Source of the DNA: an uncultured delta proteobacterium
GTDB taxonomy: Bacteria > Myxococcota_A > Polyangia > Polyangiales > B10-G4
DNA: 64,000 nt
NCBI GenBank assembly: GCA_963727445.1
Contig: CAVSGI010000015.1
Span: forward strand, 384,001-448,000
Reading direction: 5' to 3'
Positions 18,707-28,632 of the stretch are shown here, in pieces. A model generated the notes under the pieces. The model was given only the letters and a program-made list of their open reading frames with translations, did no database searches and was not told where the DNA came from. Within the stretch, counting starts at the first letter, position 1; each line of letters begins with the position of its first letter. The translations under genes were made by a program, and so were the position numbers.

Positions 18707-19501
18707 TCAGCGGCGGCGTCGGGAGGCCGAGGACGTCGTGTCGACCGGCTGCTGTCGCGGTGGTGGTGTGACCGGGGTCTCGCGCGGCGGCGTGGTGTGG
18801 ACGGGCTCGGGGGTCTCCTCGAGGGTCCCAGGGCCAGTGGACGTGGTCGTCATGGCGGGCGTGGTCGTCATGGCGGGCGTGGTCGTCGTGGTGGACCTGG
18901 TCGTCGTGGTGGACATCGTCGTTCGGCGTCGTCTCGGTCTCGGCGTCTCGGCGGGTGGTGGGCCGGTGGCCGGCGGCCCGGCGTCGGGCGGGCCGGCATC
19001 GACGGCGCCCTCGTCCGGCTCCCACTGCTCACCCCGCATACGCGCCTCGTGCTCGGCCTCCGAAATGGGCTGACCGTTCCACGTGGCCGGCAGCCATGCC
19101 CGGGTGGTGTGGCAGTCCCCGCAGGTGAGCGGGAAGGTGAGGTGGTCCGGGAAGGTGTCGTCGTCGTAGGTGTCGCGGTGACAGTCGACGCACGCGCCCC
19201 CCATCCCCTCGAACACCGGCGGGTCGTCATCGTGACAATCGAAGCATTCGACGTGTGCGTGCGCGCCGGTCAGCGGCCACTCGTGCTCGACCACCCGCCG
19301 CGGCCTCCACCTCTCGGTGGTGTGGCACACCGCGCATGTCGTCGGCTTCTCCCCCACGTGATGTCGCGCCCCCTGGTACTCCTCGAGATGGCACGACGCG
19401 CATCGCGCCGAGCCCGCGTCGGGCGAGGCCTCACCACCGTCCGCGCAGCCGAGGAGCGAAAGGCAGAGGAGCCACGAGCCGATGGCGCGCGCGGCGCGCA
19501 T
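18707..19501 (-). CDS. Pentaheme c-type cytochrome lipoprotein with Pro/Thr-rich tail
   Basis: Lipobox LLGC; five CxxCH (CASCH, CAVCH, CFDCH, CVDCH, CGDCH) with intervening His (WPLTGAH, PDH); ATG overlaps the NOX stop (TGATG). Confidence 0.85.
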   Translation of the reverse strand: MRAARAIGSWLLCLSLLGCADGGEASPDAGSARCASCHLEEYQGARHHVGEKPTTCAVCHTTERWRPRRVVEHEWPLTGAHAHVECFDCHDDDPPVFEGMGGACVDCHRDTYDDDTFPDHLTFPLTCGDCHTTRAWLPATWNGQPISEAEHEARMRGEQWEPDEGAVDAGPPDAGPPATGPPPAETPRPRRRRTTMSTTTTRSTTTTTPAMTTTPAMTTTSTGPGTLEETPEPVHTTPPRETPVTPPPRQQPVDTTSSASRRRR

Positions 19502-21492
19502 CAGAACACCTCCTCACGAAACGGCATGCCGAGCGACTCGCATGCACGCCGGACCTTCGCGCCGAGCCCCGGCGGGCCACAGAAGTAGACGGAGACCTTT
19601 TCGCCGCGGTGCGCCTTCTTGATCGCGGCGAGCTCCTTCTTCCAGCTCGGCGCGCTCATGCGCGTCTTGGCCCGAAGGCCGGTCGCGAGGTCCGTCCGGC
19701 CGTATGCGTGTGCGAGCTCGCGCGCAGCTTCGAGCCCGAACGCCGTCGCACCCGTGCGCCCGCCGGTCATGTGGAGGTGGAGCTCGAGCACGTCGCGCGC
19801 GTCGCGTCTCTCGACTTCGGCGAGCAGATCCCGGAACCATTCGAAAGAGCGCTGATCCCGGTTGAGCCAGAAGAAGTGCGCCTTGTCGAGGTTGGGACCG
19901 CTTCCATCCTCGCGCGAGACGATGCTCTCGAGCACGCTGGCGAAAGGCGTGACGCCGATGCCCGCGCCGATGAGCACAGCGACGCGCGACTGGAAGATGT
20001 GGGCGCTCGGTGAGCCGTAAGGCCCGTCGAGAAACACGAAGAGGTCGTCCGGCGCCTCCCCGCTTCGCGCCTCCGCCAGGCTTCGGAGAGCCTCCGTCCA
20101 GTTGCCGAGCGAGCGCACGTGGAGGGTGATGGTGTCGCGCTCGGGCGCGCTGCTGATCGTGAACGGGTGCCACTCGTGCTTTGCCACGGCGGGGATGCGC
20201 ACGAAGACGTAGTCCGCGGGCGAGAACGAAAAGCCGAGGGGCCGCTCGATCTCCACCCGCGTGACTCCGGACTTCAGCGGCTCGATCGCGAGGATGCGTG
20301 CGCGCCGACCACGCCGGAGCGCGCGAAAGAGCTGCTCGACGCCGAAACCGAGCAGAGGCAGCCCCAGCCACAAGAGGACGTGCGGCGCGTGAATGACGAG
20401 GAGAACGAGCAGCGGCGCATAGAGCAGGTGCGTGAAGTAGAAGATCTCGAAGCGCCGCGAGCGCCGGAAGAAGCCGAGAGCGGCGATCCACATCACGACG
20501 AAGATCACGACGAGCAACGAGCCCGTGAGCCCCGTCTTCGTCTCGAAGAGCGCATGGGTGATCGGCTCGTCGTGCCCCGCGGAGTAACTCGCGACGAAAG
20601 CGCCCACGTGAGCCAGGCTCCCGAAGAAGAACGTGTGCCCCACGACCTTGTGGAAGGCGACCGCGGAGTCGATCGGGATGAGGCGCCCGAGAAAGCTGGC
20701 GCGCAGCCGCGTGAGAAACCGGCGCGCCACGGGCACGAGCACCACACCCGCGTCGAAGGCGAGCGCTGCCCCGGTGGCGCGCCCGACGCGCATCATCACG
20801 TGCTCCCCCAGGACCATGTTGTACGTCGCGACGAAGAGCCCGACGTTCATCAGCGCGAAGGCGGCGAGCACGATGCCGCCCCGCACGTGGTTTTCGACGA
20901 AGCGCGCGAACGCGTTCGGCTCGGGCTCGCCACCCGTCTCGTCGGTCAGGCGTGCGACCACGTCGCGACCCGGGGCCATCCACAGAGCCTCGGCGCGTGC
21001 CATCTCGTGAAGGAGCTCCGGGCGCGCACGAACGAGTCGCTCGAGCTCCGCGAAGGAGACGCGCCCGTCGCGGTCGGCGTCGAGCGCCTGGAGCAACCCG
21101 AGCGCGAGCGTCTCGGGCGAGTGCTCCTCGTCCGGCTCGATGTCGTCCTCGGCGAGGCCGATGGCGATCATCCGCTCGAGCTCCGTCTGCGACAGATATC
21201 CGTCGCCGTCGTGGTCATGCAGACGAAACGCGAAGGTGAGGCGGTCGTTGTCGGTGCCGTAGACGAGCTTGCGCACACCTTCCATGAACTCCGCGCGGCT
21301 GACGGATCCGTCCGCGTCGGTGTCCAGCTGCGCGAGCATGCGCTGGGCCAGGTACTCGCTCTTCAGCCCGAGCGCTTCCTTGAGCGATTCGACGTCGATG
21401 TGCGGCGCGTCCCCGGCGATCTGATCGAATCGGTGCTGGAGCAGATCGAGGGTCTGGGCCCCGGGCTTTGCGCGACGCGGCGAGTCGGTCAT
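19501..21492 (-). CDS. EF-hand NADPH oxidase (NOX5-type flavocytochrome)
   Basis: Three canonical EF loops (DTDADGSVSRAE, DHDGDGYLSQTE, DADRDGRVSFAE) plus a degenerate first one; ferric-reductase TM domain with His pairs spaced 14 and 13; HEWHPFTISS, DGPYG, GAGIGVTPF, YFCGP, terminal E-x-F. Confidence 0.9.
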   Translation of the reverse strand: MTDSPRRAKPGAQTLDLLQHRFDQIAGDAPHIDVESLKEALGLKSEYLAQRMLAQLDTDADGSVSRAEFMEGVRKLVYGTDNDRLTFAFRLHDHDGDGYLSQTELERMIAIGLAEDDIEPDEEHSPETLALGLLQALDADRDGRVSFAELERLVRARPELLHEMARAEALWMAPGRDVVARLTDETGGEPEPNAFARFVENHVRGGIVLAAFALMNVGLFVATYNMVLGEHVMMRVGRATGAALAFDAGVVLVPVARRFLTRLRASFLGRLIPIDSAVAFHKVVGHTFFFGSLAHVGAFVASYSAGHDEPITHALFETKTGLTGSLLVVIFVVMWIAALGFFRRSRRFEIFYFTHLLYAPLLVLLVIHAPHVLLWLGLPLLGFGVEQLFRALRRGRRARILAIEPLKSGVTRVEIERPLGFSFSPADYVFVRIPAVAKHEWHPFTISSAPERDTITLHVRSLGNWTEALRSLAEARSGEAPDDLFVFLDGPYGSPSAHIFQSRVAVLIGAGIGVTPFASVLESIVSREDGSGPNLDKAHFFWLNRDQRSFEWFRDLLAEVERRDARDVLELHLHMTGGRTGATAFGLEAARELAHAYGRTDLATGLRAKTRMSAPSWKKELAAIKKAHRGEKVSVYFCGPPGLGAKVRRACESLGMPFREEVF

Positions 21493-21587
21493 GGGCTCGT
21501 CGGCTTCCTCCTCCGAAGCGACCCTCTGATAGGCGCGCCTCGCTGTAAGGCCACCAGGGACCTGCGGACGGCGCCTGCCTGCGGATC

Positions 21588-24525
21588 CTACGTGTACTGC
21601 CAGAACGCGCAGGCGGCGGTCTCGTCGGCGTTCACGAAGACGTAGACCACACCGAAGAGCCCTGCGTCCGGCCAGTCGTCCTTCGCGCCTCCGATGCCGT
21701 CGAAGTCGAGCTGAAGGAGGAAGCGATAGGGAACCTGGCCCTTGCCGAGGATCTCGCGCGGGTGCTGCACCCAGGTTGGCGTGCCGCCGATCTTCGAGAA
21801 CCCGTCCGAGCGCGGCAGGTCGAGGGCTTCGAGGGCCTCGGCGAGCTCGGGATCGCGCTGCGTGAGAGGCGAGGCGCGCGCCTCGTCGATCTCCCACGTC
21901 GGCTCCGAGACCATCAGGGCGCGTGCGTCGAGCACGGGCCCCATCGGATCGCACGCCGCCGCCCTGCCGAAGTCTTCCTTGGAGATCAGGCGCACGCGAT
22001 TGTGCAGCAGGCTCTCCGTCGCGATGCCGCTCGTGTCGACCCAGACCGAGACGCCCGCGTGCTTCTTCAGGAGATCGCCGGTCTCGATCTGGAGCAGGAG
22101 ACCGAGGGGATGCGAATCGCTCCCGTCGCGGAGCTCGCCCATCACCTCTTCGCGCTGTTCCTCCGGAACCTCGAAGAAGTTCAGCTCCTCGGGCAGGTGC
22201 CAGGTCAGCTGCTGCAGCACCTCCCTTTCGGTGGTGGGCCACGCGTCGAGCCCTCCGTCGGCCGGGAGGCCCCCGAGGTGGCTTCCCTTCACGGGGTCGC
22301 TCGCCGGACCGCCGAGGCTGATGGTGCGCATCGGTACGCATGCGAGGCGCTTCAGCTGCTCTTCGCCGAGCTCCTTGGCCGACACGAACCCGTTCTCGCG
22401 AGCCCCAGCGACGAGCTCATCGAGCTTCGTGAGGGCGGCCTCCGGAGACTTCGCTTTGGCAGGCTCGGCTTCGATGGCGGTACCGACCTCGCCCTCTTCG
22501 ACCAGCACCTCCTTGCCCGTCGTCTTCGCGAACCACACCATCGCCCCGTCGTCGTCGACCCGGTAGAGAGCCGCGCTCCGCGACTCCACCACGTCCCCAG
22601 CGCCCGTTCGTTCCCCGAGCTTGGCCGCCTCGTCGAAGGCCTCCCCGAGAGCGAGCGTGTAGTGCCCCCATGCGTCGTCGGGGTTCTGCACGTGGAGCGT
22701 TCGCGTCGTGGGATCGAAAGCCCAGTCGTCGCAGATCACGCGGAACGCCATGTCCTCGTTCGTGTGTCCGAGGCGCAAGTCGTCGGGCAGCGTGAAGGAC
22801 CCCAACTCGTCGCAACCCCCGAGGTCGAAGCGGAAGATGCTCCCGCTCCGGAAGTTCACGATGAGCGTTTGCCCCGTCTTCGGATCCGAGGCGACGGCCC
22901 GCCACGAGTCGTCGTTGAGCTCTCCCATCTTCGGCGGAAGCACCGGTTTGAAGACGTCGCCTTCGAGCACCGCCGCCTCCTCCCAGCCGATCCGGACGGC
23001 CGCCCCGAGGCCGTGATCCCAGATCAAGTGGTAGCCGACCTCGAAGTCGTCTTTGCCGCGGGCGTAGCCCTTGGGTTGCGGTGAGCTCTTCTTCGCCTTT
23101 TTCCACGACCCCTTGGCCGCATCGAAGAGGAGCACCTGGTTCGAATCTGCGCCCCTTGGTCCGGCCGCCCCACACGACGATGCGCTCTTCCCTCGGATCG
23201 AAGACGAGCTTCGTCCACATGCGCAGCTTCCAGAGCTTCGCGTCGGGGTCGGCCTTCTGCACCCACCGCCCGTCCTCGAGTGCGAAGACATGACCTTCGT
23301 TCGAGATGGCGAGGAGGCTACCGTCACTGGTCTCGACCATGCCTGCGAGGGCGTGCGTATTGCCGCCGCTCCCGCCACCGTCCCAGAGGTCCTTCTGATC
23401 GCTCTTTCCGACGATCGTCTTCCAGCCGTCGTCCGTCCACTCGATCAGCGTCAGGTAGTAGTTGCCCATCATGCGCCAGCGCCCACCCACGAAGATGCCG
23501 AAGCGCTTTGCATACAGATCGCCGACCGCGCTCTTCTTCTCCGTCACACCGAGCTTCTTCCAGCTCCCGCGCCTCTCGACGTAGAAGACGTGTTGATCCT
23601 CGGGATACTTCTCCTCTGCAGGCTCGTAGCCGCCTGGCCCCGTGACGAACCCGCCCAGGGACGCATCGAAGGTCGCGTGTGCCTTCCGGGAGGCGGGCCG
23701 CGGGTCGCCATCCTCGCCCCACGGCTTCCAGCCCCCATCGTAGATCAGCGTCCCACGCCTCCAACCACAGAGCGCGACGACGCCATCCGGGTGGGAGACG
23801 AGAATCGGCCCGGTGTTCATCCAGCCGGTGATCAGATCCTCGTGCATGCCGTCGTTCGGCAGCAACTCGAGCGTCTCGCCGTCCCAGGCGTAGAGCCACA
23901 GGCGGTCTTCTTCTTCCGCGTCCTCACACACCCAGTAGAAGAGCGTGCGCTCGGTCTTCGGATCCCAGACCCCGCCGAGGCACTCCTCCTTCCAATTCGC
24001 GTCGTTCGGCAGATCCGCGTCGTCGCGCTTCTTCGCCCACACACCCTCGGCGTCGAGCTCCCACACGCCGAGACCTGTGACGCACACGGTGACGCCCCGC
24101 TTTCGGTCGTAGGCGAAGCAGCCACCCGTGTCGTCCGAGTCCTCGAGGCGCTTCGGGTGATCGCCCGAGAGCTCGAGCATCTCGGGGCCCTCGGCTGTCA
24201 GGATCACCGCGTAGGTCATGTCCGAGTAGTCGCGTGCGTTGCAGAAGTTCCACGCGACGACGGCTTCGCGCGACACGTCGTAGACGCCCTGCCATCGTTG
24301 CTTCGGGCTCTCGGTCCGAACGGCGACGTCGCTCACCTGAACGAAGGACGCGCCATCCCACTCCCAGGCATGCCCGAACTGGTGGAAGTCCGGCGAGTGC
24401 ATGTAGATCGTCCTCTGCCGCTTCTCGTCGTAGACGAGCACGTAGTCCGCGAGGAACTCGCGCTTCGGCGGCAGCTCGATCGACGCCTCGCGCAGAGGTC
24501 CCGCCTGTGTGAACGCTAGCTCCAT
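21588..24525 (-). CDS. Large protein: beta-propeller-like repeats, WGR-like segment and C-terminal DUF1963/YwqG-like domain (apparent +1 frameshift near 23144)
   Basis: N-terminal YDxxRxx(V/T)V ... W(E/A)WDG repeats; C-terminal SHLGGLP, LLLQI, SKIGGTPTWVQ, FLLQLD, GVVYVF, FWQYT; the two ORFs join into about 978 aa after removing one base. Confidence 0.65.
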
Positions 24526-24607
24526 GACGCCTCTCCCGGTGAACCGGCGAGTCTACGCGCCGGCGCCGTGAGCGTCTCGTCTTCGAGATCGCCCTGCCCG
24601 GGCGGTG

Positions 24608-25642
24608 TCAGCCGCCGTGGTCCGACAGCCACGTGCGGAGCTGATCGCGCCGGCGCTCTGCTCTCGTGATCTCTCGCTGGATCCGCTGCGCGATGGTCTC
24701 GTCTTTGTGCTTCGTCCGGTGCTTGAGTGCCTTGAGTCGTTCCTCGAGGTCTCGTAGCTCCTGACAGAGCACGTCCCGTGCGGCGGCGCGCTCGGCCTTG
24801 TCGAACATGATCTCGTCCGGGATGTCGTCGTGGTCCTCGGCGGTCGGGGACGGCGTCGCCGGGATGAAGCGGTGCTCCGCGGGCGGCTGCCGGAGGTTGA
24901 GGAAGGGCGGCGAGACGATCTCCACCCCGCCATGATGAAGCACGTCGAGCATGTGCTTCTTCAGATCGGAGCGAGCCTCGATCAACTCCCGCACGTCACG
25001 CAGGAGCCCCGCGACCCGGTAGACGACCGCGTAGTCGCCGAGCTCGCAGATCATGACGAACGCGTCCTCGAGCCCCGCGTCGGCGGCGCTTTGCACGAGG
25101 AGCTCTTCGACCCTCCAATGCGGTACGTCGTAGCCGAGGGATATGTCTGCGTGCACGAAGGTCCCCGAGCCCTGGACGACGGTGACCGGGCGACCGATGA
25201 GGTACTGGTTGGGCAACGTCTCGAGGTTGCGATAGGGCGTCTGGATCTGAACGTGGAGCAGGCCGATCTCCGTGACGCGTCCGATGTGCGCCTCGACCAT
25301 GAGGAAATCGCCTGGGCGAAAGCCCTTCACGACCCGCAGCATCAGGCCCGCCATCGCGTTGCCCACGAAGGTGCTCGAGGAGAACGCGACCGCGGCGCTC
25401 CCCAGGATCCCGAGCAGCGCCAGGATGCGGCTCTTCGTCTCGTCGCCCACCGGCAGCGCGAGGACGACCAGCACCGCGAGCACGATGTTGAGGAAGAGCA
25501 GGAGCGCCTGCCGGTAGAAGCGCTGCTCTCCGATCGGCCCACCCCCGCGGACGAGCAGAAGCCAGCGCAGCAGGAACAGAAGCCCTACCCCGACCACCGC
25601 CGTGACGAGCAGCGGGATCCAATCAGCGATCGCGAGGATCAC
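24608..25642 (-). CDS. MscS-family mechanosensitive channel
   Basis: Three N-terminal TM helices, GNAMAGLML..FRPGDFL..GRVTEIGL, TLPN, GGVEIVSP. Confidence 0.88.
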   Translation of the reverse strand: MILAIADWIPLLVTAVVGVGLLFLLRWLLLVRGGGPIGEQRFYRQALLLFLNIVLAVLVVLALPVGDETKSRILALLGILGSAAVAFSSSTFVGNAMAGLMLRVVKGFRPGDFLMVEAHIGRVTEIGLLHVQIQTPYRNLETLPNQYLIGRPVTVVQGSGTFVHADISLGYDVPHWRVEELLVQSAADAGLEDAFVMICELGDYAVVYRVAGLLRDVRELIEARSDLKKHMLDVLHHGGVEIVSPPFLNLRQPPAEHRFIPATPSPTAEDHDDIPDEIMFDKAERAAARDVLCQELRDLEERLKALKHRTKHKDETIAQRIQREITRAERRRDQLRTWLSDHGG

Positions 25643-26712
25643 GGAACGCCGTACATCTCGCGCCAGGCCGGATCGAAGAGGTAGTTGCCGCTGGCGTCGG
25701 TGGGGGAGTTGGAGGAGACGGCCGTCGAGCAGTGCGGATAGCCGTTGGGCTCCGAGCTGATGAGCTGGCGGGAGTCGCCGTAGGGCCGGCTCGCGCCGTC
25801 GATGCTGGTGGGCGTTCCGAGGAGGCCGCCCGCGGCCCAGGCGTCGAGGTGGCCCGAGTGCTGGGGGTCGTCGGTGTGTGAGAAGCCGTAGATGTCGCCG
25901 ATGTCGGTCGCGGGGGAGTCGCCGATGTTCCAGTAGCCGGCGGAGTGCATCACCGCGCGATGGAACGGCCGCCGCGAGGCGAAGAGACCGGTGCTGGTGC
26001 CGCCGTGGGAGATGCCGGCGATGATCACGTCCTCGTAGCGGAGGGTGTCGTCGTCGTTCAGGTAGTAGCCCCAGTCGCCGCCGGGGTGCGCGGTCACGAG
26101 GTACTGCAGCATGACGATGACGCGCCCCTCGGCGCTGTCGGCGCGGCTGATGTCGATGACGCTCGACACGTCCTCGCCGGTGAGGGCCTCCCAGCGCACG
26201 TCGTCACTGCAGCTGCCGCCCATTCCGGCGCAGGGGTTGGTGCCGGTGCTGCTCCACCGGTTGTTGTAGTGGGGGATCACCACGTGGAAGCCGTAACTCG
26301 CGAGCTGCCGTCCGTGGTCGCGCCAGTTGCGCGGGATGTTGGTCGCACCCGGCAGGAAGAAGACGAGCTTGCCGAGAGGCTCGACGCGGGTGTCGAGCTG
26401 CGCGTACTGCGTCTCGATCGAGTCGGTCACCGTCGGATCGAGCGCCATCGGGTCGAGCTCGTGCTCGTAGAGCATCGGATCGCTGCGGTCGACCATCGGG
26501 CCTGTCGGTGTGGACCCATCGGCCACGGCGTCCGCTGCGGATCCGTCGGCGATCGTCGAATCGGGCGTCGAGCCATCACCCGCGCTCGTGTCGGGCGAGC
26601 CATCCATGGTCGCCGAGTCGGCGGTGGATCCGTCCGGGGTCGACGTCGTGCTGTCGTCGGAGCAGGCGAGGGCCGCGAGGGCGAGAACCAGGGCGAGCGA
26701 GAGGGTGCGCAT
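25639..26712 (-). CDS. Lipoprotein with alpha/beta hydrolase-like domain
   Basis: Lipobox LAC-SDD, acidic linker, LVFFLPGAT, GxSxG elbow IAGISHGG, HTDD, PHCS; stop overlaps the MscS-gene start. Confidence 0.7.
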   Translation of the reverse strand: MRTLSLALVLALAALACSDDSTTSTPDGSTADSATMDGSPDTSAGDGSTPDSTIADGSAADAVADGSTPTGPMVDRSDPMLYEHELDPMALDPTVTDSIETQYAQLDTRVEPLGKLVFFLPGATNIPRNWRDHGRQLASYGFHVVIPHYNNRWSSTGTNPCAGMGGSCSDDVRWEALTGEDVSSVIDISRADSAEGRVIVMLQYLVTAHPGGDWGYYLNDDDTLRYEDVIIAGISHGGTSTGLFASRRPFHRAVMHSAGYWNIGDSPATDIGDIYGFSHTDDPQHSGHLDAWAAGGLLGTPTSIDGASRPYGDSRQLISSEPNGYPHCSTAVSSNSPTDASGNYLFDPAWREMYGVP

Positions 26713-26799
26713 CCCGCCATCGTACCCGAACTGCAGCTTGCGAGCCGCCCGCGGTTCGGGCGTAGTGCTGCCCTACGCGTTTCGGCCGTAGCCTCGACG

Positions 26800-28545
26800 T
26801 CAGCGCACGAGCGCCAGCACGAGCCCGTCCTCGACCCATCCGCCTGTGACCTGTCCGTCGACCCCGAAGACGGAGTCGATGCGACCCGTGATGATCGCGT
26901 AGTCGCCGACACCCACGCCGTAGGCGAACTCTTCGGTGAGGGTGCCACCCACGATTCGCGACCAGCGGTGGGCACCGGTGGCGTCGTAGCTCACCCAGAA
27001 GATGCGCACTCGACCGCTGAGGCTGTAGGTCGTCTCGGTCTCGAAATCGAAGCCGCCCTGCATGTATCCGACGACGTAGACGTTGCCGTCTGCATCGAAC
27101 GCGACGTCGGTCGCGCGACTGGTCCCGCCCGCGTTGATGTTCTTCACGAAGTCGACGGCACCGTCGTTGTCGTACACCACCGCGTACGGGTCCCGATCGC
27201 TGCCCCCGGTGGAGGCGGTCACCGGTCCGTCGCCGAAGTCCACCATCCCGGTGAACGATCCCGCGATGACGACCTGGCCCGTGGTCGGCGAGACGGCCAA
27301 CGAGGTCACCGACACGCTGCCGAGGATCTCCTGAACCCAACGAAGCGTGCCGTCGGATCGATAGCTCGCCACGAAGTTGCCGGGCCCGGTTCGGGTCATG
27401 CCGCCGAAGTCCTCCGTCGCCCCGAAGGTCCCGGCGACGAACACGTTTCCCGACCCGTCACCGCCCACCCCCGACACCGAGGTGCCCACGATGCGTGACC
27501 ACTCCACCAGGCCACCGTTGCCGTACCGCGCGACGAAGCCACCGCCCGTGGCCGGGACGGTGACGCGCGTTCCTTCGAGCGCGATCTCTCCGAAGGCCTG
27601 GCCCCCGAGGTACACCTTTCCAGCAGTGTTGGTGGCGATCGCGGTGGCCTGGCCGTTGCCGGGGACACGGATCGACCACCGGTGCACGTCGTCCCCGGTG
27701 TAGCTGGCGAGGATCGGACTGCTGCCGCTGTCGCCCGCGGCGAAGGAGAGGTCGCCGCCTCCCAGGTCGATGGCATCCGAGGTCGCGTAGCCGGCGACGA
27801 ATACGTTGCCGGTCCCGTCGACCGCGACGTCGGCCAGGTCGTCTCGGGAGGTGCCACCCGCCGTCCGCGTCCAGCGCGGCGTCCCGTCCGAAGCGTATGC
27901 CTCGAGCTGAACGCCGTGAAAGCCGGAGATGTTCGATGCGATGACGTAGGCATTGCCGACCGCATCGACCGCGCCGTCGTTCGTCACCTCGTTCGTCATC
28001 GTGCTTCCGAGTCGGTCGATCCAGAGCGCGCTGCCCGGTCCACATGCAAACCAGTCGCATGCCGGGAAGTCGGGGTTCCACGTTCCGTCGTCACAGGTCC
28101 GCGTCTGCGTGGTGCTCGAACAGGCGCCTCCTGCGGGAGCCCGCGGTGCGGCGAAGCACTCGCGAGTCTCGGTGGTGCCGTGGGGTCGGCCGCTGCACGA
28201 GGCGAGCATGCCGGTGTCGGAGCCGCCGTCCGAGCCGCCATCCAGAGCGGCGTCGCCTCCTGCGTCCGACATCACGGCAGCATCGGCATCCGCGTCCGCT
28301 GCCGCGCCGTCCGGTGCGCCGTCCGCGATGGCGCCATCCGGAGTGGCGTCCATGGACGCGCCATCCACCATCGCCGAGTCCGGCGCTCCAGTGTCCGAAG
28401 TCCCCGTGTCCGCGGCTTCGCAGTATCCGTCCATGCAGCTGCCGAAAGGGCAATCAGCATCGGTGGTGCAGTTGCCGGCGCTGGCCCCGTCGTCGCCGCA
28501 AGCGGCGAGCAGTATCAGCACAGCACAGAGGTGGATCACTCGCAT
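26800..28545 (-). CDS. Lipoprotein with Cys-rich modules and SBBP-like beta-propeller repeats
   Basis: MRVIHLCAVLILLAAC-GDD; CTTDADC module; repeated AVDxxGNV(F/Y)VAG and ASYxxDGxxRW units; upstream extension to 30003 is a shadow of the radical SAM gene. Confidence 0.8.
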   Translation of the reverse strand: MRVIHLCAVLILLAACGDDGASAGNCTTDADCPFGSCMDGYCEAADTGTSDTGAPDSAMVDGASMDATPDGAIADGAPDGAAADADADAAVMSDAGGDAALDGGSDGGSDTGMLASCSGRPHGTTETRECFAAPRAPAGGACSSTTQTRTCDDGTWNPDFPACDWFACGPGSALWIDRLGSTMTNEVTNDGAVDAVGNAYVIASNISGFHGVQLEAYASDGTPRWTRTAGGTSRDDLADVAVDGTGNVFVAGYATSDAIDLGGGDLSFAAGDSGSSPILASYTGDDVHRWSIRVPGNGQATAIATNTAGKVYLGGQAFGEIALEGTRVTVPATGGGFVARYGNGGLVEWSRIVGTSVSGVGGDGSGNVFVAGTFGATEDFGGMTRTGPGNFVASYRSDGTLRWVQEILGSVSVTSLAVSPTTGQVVIAGSFTGMVDFGDGPVTASTGGSDRDPYAVVYDNDGAVDFVKNINAGGTSRATDVAFDADGNVYVVGYMQGGFDFETETTYSLSGRVRIFWVSYDATGAHRWSRIVGGTLTEEFAYGVGVGDYAIITGRIDSVFGVDGQVTGGWVEDGLVLALVR

Positions 28546-28632
28546 GACTGCAGGATACCGCGTCGGGTCACTCGCAGGCGCTCTCCTCGCTTCCCACGCG
28601 GCAGGACCCGGCCGACGCGCTATGATCGAGCG

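Noticed and set aside
18845..18890. 18-bp tandem repeat (PAMTTT x2), and a similar GAVGEE x2 repeat near 43115-43150
   Set aside because: Ordinary low-complexity linker duplications within coding sequence.
21493..22341. N-terminal extension making the NOX 946 aa
   Set aside because: Arg/Pro-rich out-of-frame overlap with the DUF1963-like gene; the EF-hand domain starts right after ATG 21492.
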